From: Patescibacteria group bacterium
Lineage (GTDB): Bacteria > Patescibacteriota > Microgenomatia > UBA8517
Assembly (NCBI GenBank): GCA_036835125.1
Contig: DAITMO010000001.1
Location: forward strand, 609,399-673,398
Reading direction: 5' to 3'
Length of the DNA: 64,000 nt
Shown here: piece by piece, positions 59,516 through 64,000 of the stretch
Numbering within the stretch: the first letter of the stretch is position 1
Layout of the letters: each line of letters begins with the position of its first letter
Notes under the pieces: generated by a model
Databases searched by the model: none
The model's input: only the letters and a program-made list of their open reading frames with translations
Told to the model about the DNA's origin: nothing
Made by a program: the position numbers and the translations under genes

Positions 59516-60619
59516 TCATTTCCCCATGGAGTTAAGAAAACCTTCAATTCCTTTAAATATAATTAATTTTTTAATATCTCCAATTGTTACAGCCAAAAGA
59601 AGAGCTATTAAAAGGTAAAAACCTATACTATTGATTATTGCCTCAGTTTTTTGAGAAACCTTTTTTCTTGTAACTGCCTCAATCCCAATAAAAAGAAGGC
59701 GTCCTCCATCAAGTGCGGGAAGGGGAAGAATATTAAGAACTGCCAAATTAATTGATAATATTCCTATCACATTTACTAAAAGAATCGGGTCTTTAGTTTT
59801 TAATATTTCATAAATAATTGCAAATATTCCAACAGGACCAGAAATTTCTGTCGGAATTCTACCTTGTGAAGTATCCATAGCTATTCCAAAAAGTCCTTGT
59901 GTGACGGTTCCTATCCATCTAAACGAATTTTCAAACCCGTAATAAATTCCATAAAAAGGTCTCTGCCAAACGGGAGGATAGAAAAGCTCCATTGTGGTTA
60001 TCGTGACCCCAACAGGCCCTTCACCTTCCGGAGGATTCTCACGAGGTGAAACGTTTACTGTCAAGGTTTTATCTTCTCTTAAAAGTTCATAGGAAACCTT
60101 ATTTCCCTTAAATTCAGAAGTTTTTGAAATGAATAAATCTGAATCGGAAACCTCAACTTTATCAACTTTTGTAATAATATCTCCAACAACTATTCCTGCT
60201 TTTTCAGCAGGAGAACCAGCTGCCACATCAACCACTTTAATTCTTCCTGTATCCTTTGGAATTCCTGAAAATGAATAAACGATGGCAAATGCTACTATTG
60301 CTAAAACAAAATTCATTATTACTCCAGCAACAATTACTAATGCTCTTTTACCTTTGCTTTTATGAAGGAATGACCTTCTAATGTTTGTTTCTTCTGTCTC
60401 TTCTTGCTCACCATGAAGCCTAACAAATCCACCAAAAGGTAGTGCATTAATTGAATAGATTGTCTCCCCTACTTTTTTACCCCAAATTCTCGGAGGTATT
60501 CCAAAACCAAATTCTTCAACTTTTATTCCACACTTTTTAGCTGTAAAAAAATGCCCTAATTCATGAACAAGGATAAGGACAGAAAGAACTAAAATAAAAA
60601 TTAAAATAGAAGCTAGCAT
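59516..60619 (-). CDS. rseP: RIP metalloprotease RseP (site-2 protease, M50)
   Basis: LVHELGHFFTAK (HExxH), a PDZ domain, and the LDGG motif. Confidence 0.85.
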   Translation of the reverse strand: MLASILIFILVLSVLILVHELGHFFTAKKCGIKVEEFGFGIPPRIWGKKVGETIYSINALPFGGFVRLHGEQEETEETNIRRSFLHKSKGKRALVIVAGVIMNFVLAIVAFAIVYSFSGIPKDTGRIKVVDVAAGSPAEKAGIVVGDIITKVDKVEVSDSDLFISKTSEFKGNKVSYELLREDKTLTVNVSPRENPPEGEGPVGVTITTMELFYPPVWQRPFYGIYYGFENSFRWIGTVTQGLFGIAMDTSQGRIPTEISGPVGIFAIIYEILKTKDPILLVNVIGILSINLAVLNILPLPALDGGRLLFIGIEAVTRKKVSQKTEAIINSIGFYLLIALLLAVTIGDIKKLIIFKGIEGFLNSMGK

Positions 60620-60679
60620 GGTAAAAGTATATAGTATTTTGTATATTGAATGTAGTGTCAGAAAAGATATTATAGAAAT

Positions 60680-60931
60680 ATGCTTACAAAAAGTGATGTA
60701 AAAATTATTGGTGATTTATTTGATGAGAAATTTGACAAGAAATTCGATGAAAAGTTCGATAAGAAATTCGAATCAGCATTCAAAAAACACACAGCACCTA
60801 TTAAAGAAGATATTAGTCAAATCAGAAAAGATCAGAAAGCTATTATTAGATTTTTCGACCGTGAGTATCTAAATCTTCGCAAGCGCGTTGAAAGAATTGA
60901 AACATTTTTGAAGCTTCCTGCCGTAAATTAA
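60680..60931 (+). CDS. hypothetical small protein with KFDEKFDKKFDEKFDKKFE repeats
   Basis: 83 aa with an internal tetrapeptide/hexapeptide repeat. Confidence 0.3.
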   Translation: MLTKSDVKIIGDLFDEKFDKKFDEKFDKKFESAFKKHTAPIKEDISQIRKDQKAIIRFFDREYLNLRKRVERIETFLKLPAVN

Positions 60932-61485
60932 ATTTGCAAGAGTTCTGCTTTCTTTTTCTCACCTATGGAATCAATCATTCCAATAAATTCATCCGTAATC
61001 TCTTGAAGTTTTTTCTCAAATCCAAACTTATCATCTTCTGTAATTTCCTTCTTCTCAAAGCCATCCTTAATGTTTTTCATTTCATCAGCCCTAACTTGTC
61101 TAACTGCAACCTTTCCGTTTTCAAGTTTTCCAGATAAAAGCTTTACATATTTTTCCCTATCCTCTGTTGTCATTGGAGGAATAACAATTCTTAATATTTC
61201 TCCATCAATTGAAGGGTTTAAACCAATATTTGCTTCGAGTATTCCCTTTCTAATATCCCCAATAATAGATTTATCCCAAGGGTTTATCACTATCTGGGCT
61301 GAATCTGGAGCAGTAATCGTTGCCAATTCCATCACTTTCAATCTTTGAGTTCCTCCATAAGCAGGACAAACAATATTCTCTACCAATGAGGGTGTGGCTC
61401 TTCCAGTTCTAATACCGGCAATATCAGAAGCTATAACGTCAAGTGTTAATTGCATCTTGGAGCGTATTGAAGTTTCGTCCATCAA
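60928..61485 (-). CDS. frr: ribosome recycling factor
   Basis: Full-length RRF architecture (...GIRTGRATPSLVENI...LNPSIDGEILRIVIPPMTTEDREKYVK). Confidence 0.9.
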   Translation of the reverse strand: MMDETSIRSKMQLTLDVIASDIAGIRTGRATPSLVENIVCPAYGGTQRLKVMELATITAPDSAQIVINPWDKSIIGDIRKGILEANIGLNPSIDGEILRIVIPPMTTEDREKYVKLLSGKLENGKVAVRQVRADEMKNIKDGFEKKEITEDDKFGFEKKLQEITDEFIGMIDSIGEKKKAELLQI

Positions 61486-61497
61486 TTTAATTATATA

Positions 61498-61953
61498 TTA
61501 TTTTATTCCTAGTTCAATTCTCTCAACTCTTCCAAGTTTTACATTCTCACCAGTTTTTGCTTTAAGTTCTTTAACTAAGTCTTCAACTTTTTTACTTCCA
61601 TCTTTAACAAAATCCTGTTTTTCAAAGTCCTTGTCTCCCATACTTGCTACCTGCATCGCCAAGTCTTTTCCTGTTTCCTGAAAAAGATCTGTTTTAGCAA
61701 CAAAGTCCGTCTCACAAAGAAGCTCTACCAAACCAACAACTTTACCTGTGTGATGTGCATATATAAAAATTCTACCCTCGGATGTTTCCCTACCTTCTCT
61801 CTTCTCAGCTTTTTCAAATCCTTCCTTTTTTAAGACCTCTAAAGCTTTCTTTTCATCTCCCCCAACTTCTTCTAACACCTCACGAATTCTAATAATAGCA
61901 ACACCAGTTTCTTCACGAAGTTTTTTGATAAGATCAATATCTATTTTTGCCAT
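61498..61953 (-). CDS. tsf: elongation factor Ts, short form
   Basis: N-terminal UBA-like LIKKLREETGVAI...IREVLEEVGGDEKKALEVLKK, plus one core domain; 151 aa. Confidence 0.8.
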   Translation of the reverse strand: MAKIDIDLIKKLREETGVAIIRIREVLEEVGGDEKKALEVLKKEGFEKAEKREGRETSEGRIFIYAHHTGKVVGLVELLCETDFVAKTDLFQETGKDLAMQVASMGDKDFEKQDFVKDGSKKVEDLVKELKAKTGENVKLGRVERIELGIK

Positions 61954-62634
61954 TTATTTTTGAGAAATAGATTCCACAACTAATTTTAGTATATAGTCTA
62001 GTGCACGAAGAGCATCATCATTCATTGGGATTGGATAATCGATTCCATCTGGGTCTGCGTTTGTGTCCACTATTCCAACAACTGGAATCTTTTTTGCTTT
62101 TGCCTCACGAACTGCAGAATTTTCCCTTTTGGTATCAATTACAAAAAGAACATCAGGAGTTGAGTTCAAAGATTTCATTCCACCAAAGAATTTTTCAAGT
62201 CTATCAATTTCACGATCAATTAAAAGCCTTTCTTTCTTTGTATGTTTTGCGTATGCTCCCGAGACCATTCCTTCTTTCATTTCTTCCATTTTCTTAATAG
62301 AACGCTTCATTTGTTCAAAGTTGGAAATAGTTCCTCCAAGCCATCTTTCGTTTACATAGGCAATACCTTTTTCTTCACAATATTCAGCCACCTTGTCTTT
62401 AATTTGTTTTTTCGTTCCTAATACAAGAATTTTCTTTCCTTCTTTTGCGGATTTGGACAAAAATTCTAAAGCTTCCTCAATCATAGGTTTTGTCTTGGTT
62501 AAATCAAAAATATGAACTCCACCTTCAGAGCCATAGATATACTCCTCCATTTTAGGATTCCAACGCTTGGTTTGATGACCAAAATGAGCTCCCGCATCAA
62601 CCAATTCTTCAAGTGATATGTTTATTTTTGCCAT
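61954..62634 (-). CDS. rpsB: 30S ribosomal protein S2
   Basis: LVDAGAHFGHQTKRWNPKM.... Confidence 0.9.
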   Translation of the reverse strand: MAKINISLEELVDAGAHFGHQTKRWNPKMEEYIYGSEGGVHIFDLTKTKPMIEEALEFLSKSAKEGKKILVLGTKKQIKDKVAEYCEEKGIAYVNERWLGGTISNFEQMKRSIKKMEEMKEGMVSGAYAKHTKKERLLIDREIDRLEKFFGGMKSLNSTPDVLFVIDTKRENSAVREAKAKKIPVVGIVDTNADPDGIDYPIPMNDDALRALDYILKLVVESISQK

Positions 62635-62714
62635 TTTAGTGACCTTTTGTTCCCTTAACCGTCCATAGATTTAGTAAGAACCAGGGAACTCAAATCTATG
62701 TGTATGTGGCTATT

Positions 62715-63530
62715 TTAACAGGCTTCAACTAAATTTTCAAGAAGACATGCAATTGTTACAGGTCCCACCCCACCAGGAACAGGTGTAAAAAAGACTGATT
62801 TATCTTGTGCCACAGGACTAAAATCAGCTTTAGGAGAACCCACATCAATTAAAATTACCCCATCTTTAACCATATCTCCCATTATTAAACTGGGATGCCC
62901 TGTTGCACTTATTACAATATCTGCCAGAACAGTATGTTTCCCTAAATCTTTAGTTTTTTTGTTACATTCAATAACTTCATATCCTTCAACCTTAAGTTCT
63001 TTAACTAATGAGCTTCCAACCATTCCAGTTGAGCCAACTACAGCAACAATTCCTTTCTTCATAATTTTAAGTTCATGTTCAGCAGTATGAAGAATATCAA
63101 TTGCAGCCTTACTTGTTGGATGGAGAAAATTACTGTCCTTTTTAAGGCCATCAACATCTTTTTTGGAGTCAATAACATCAAGTATTTCTTTTTTATGATT
63201 TCCAAGTTCTCCAGGAATTGGAAGCTGAACCATAACACCTTGAATATTTGCATCCGTGTTAAGAGAATCTATCAACATAAAAACTTCTTCAAGCTTCACT
63301 GATTCTGGAAGGTAATATGGATCAAGTTCAGCACCAAGTGTTTCTGCGGCTTTCTTCTTCAAACCTACATAAAGACGACTTGCTGGATCATTCCCTATTA
63401 AAATAGATGCCAAATGAGGAACAATTCCACGAGATCTGAGACCATTAACTACAATTTTAAGTTCTTCTTTTTTTGTTTCAGCAAAGGACCTCCCGTCAAA
63501 AACAATTGTCTTCATGCGCATATTATACAA
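62715..63530 (-). CDS. folD: bifunctional methylenetetrahydrofolate dehydrogenase/cyclohydrolase
   Basis: GRSFAETKKEEL...PHLASILIGNDPASRLYVGLKKKA, plus a Rossmann fold. The real start is probably an internal Met (MKTIVFDG, 63515). Confidence 0.9.
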   Translation of the reverse strand: MYNMRMKTIVFDGRSFAETKKEELKIVVNGLRSRGIVPHLASILIGNDPASRLYVGLKKKAAETLGAELDPYYLPESVKLEEVFMLIDSLNTDANIQGVMVQLPIPGELGNHKKEILDVIDSKKDVDGLKKDSNFLHPTSKAAIDILHTAEHELKIMKKGIVAVVGSTGMVGSSLVKELKVEGYEVIECNKKTKDLGKHTVLADIVISATGHPSLIMGDMVKDGVILIDVGSPKADFSPVAQDKSVFFTPVPGGVGPVTIACLLENLVEAC

Positions 63531-63535
63531 CAGCC

Positions 63536-63544
63536 TGAGGCTAA
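63536..63544 (+). repeat. TGAGGCTAA motif copy in the 17-nt folD-glyA intergenic spacer
   Basis: Exact 9-mer; 14-mer identity with the 31204 copy. Confidence 0.35.
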
Positions 63545-63547
63545 AAC

Positions 63548-64000
63548 CTATGGGGTTGGGAATTCTCTACAAAGTCCCTTCACTTCCAGCAAAATTCCTT
63601 TTAAAAACTTATCTTTTGCGATTTTTGTACGAAATGCTTTCATAAACTCTCCTCTTTTTTCTTTTTCCACCGGAAGTTTATCTTCTTTTACATGATTGGT
63701 AACTTTTAAAATTAATCCAGCAATTTTTTTCATTTCTTTTTCCTTCATCCCACGAGATGTAAGTCCTGGAGTTCCAAGACGAATGCCGGATGGATAGAAA
63801 GGAGGGGCTATATCATTAGGAACAGAATTACGATTTACAACAATTCCAGCCTTTTCAAGAGCTTCTGCTACCACATTTCCAGAAAGTCCGATGGGACGCA
63901 AATCGACAACCATTAAATGACATTCCGTACCTCCGGTCACAAGAGTAAGCCCCCCCTCAGAAAGTTCACTTGCCAAACATTTTGCATTTTTAACAATTTG
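63548..64000 (-). CDS. glyA: serine hydroxymethyltransferase, C-terminal part (5' end outside window)
   Basis: ...LVTGGTECHLMVVDL...PFYPSGIRLGTPGLTSRGMKE. The frame is open to the window edge. Confidence 0.85.
   Translation of the reverse strand, partial: QIVKNAKCLASELSEGGLTLVTGGTECHLMVVDLRPIGLSGNVVAEALEKAGIVVNRNSVPNDIAPPFYPSGIRLGTPGLTSRGMKEKEMKKIAGLILKVTNHVKEDKLPVEKEKRGEFMKAFRTKIAKDKFLKGILLEVKGLCREFPTP

Overview
This 64-kb window comes from a low-GC, very gene-dense bacterial chromosome. It uses the standard genetic code; TGA serves as a stop, including in several ATGA start/stop overlaps. By inference, the gene content points to a streamlined, ultrasmall bacterium of the Candidate Phyla Radiation (Patescibacteria) type. 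That content includes a type IV pilus operon without a secretin and with many pilin paralogs. It also includes minimal versions of HolB, EF-Ts, ProRS, HisRS and RF1, an H+-pyrophosphatase, and large membrane-anchored surface proteins.

The main block is an 11.4-kb minus-strand type IV pilus locus (2518..13903). Read in the direction of transcription it runs pilB, pilT, pilC, a major pilin, pilD, eight further pilin or pseudopilin genes, and a PilX-like minor pilin.

The rest of the window is mostly housekeeping: gyrB, gyrA, metK, dnaB, dnaX, ybaB, recR, ribosomal proteins, several aminoacyl-tRNA synthetases, frr, tsf, folD and a partial glyA. gyrB and gyrA are separated by about 7 kb that holds pgeF, the H+-PPase and a 1223-aa adhesin. 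Accessory or defence genes are a partial AbiEii toxin at the window start, a vapBC pair, and an Xer-family tyrosine recombinase beside a HAD hydrolase.

RNA and regulatory elements I can support are a tRNA-Leu(CAA), a SAM-I riboswitch ahead of metK, and a consensus promoter plus structured leader plus intrinsic terminator ahead of a HisRS-like gene.

The most unusual observations are listed here. (1) Tandem pseudo-leader repeats (GFTLM...) sit in front of the real prepilin leaders of two pilins, and two pilins have Ala at -1 and one has Ile at -1. (2) A 20-nt exact repeat is shared between the major-pilin promoter and an 812-nt ORF-free AT-rich region. (3) A recurring intergenic motif TGAGGCTAA occurs five times, once as a perfect palindrome just upstream of gyrA. 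(4) An RF1-like release factor lacks domain 1.

I see no CRISPR array, rRNA gene or clearly intact mobile element.
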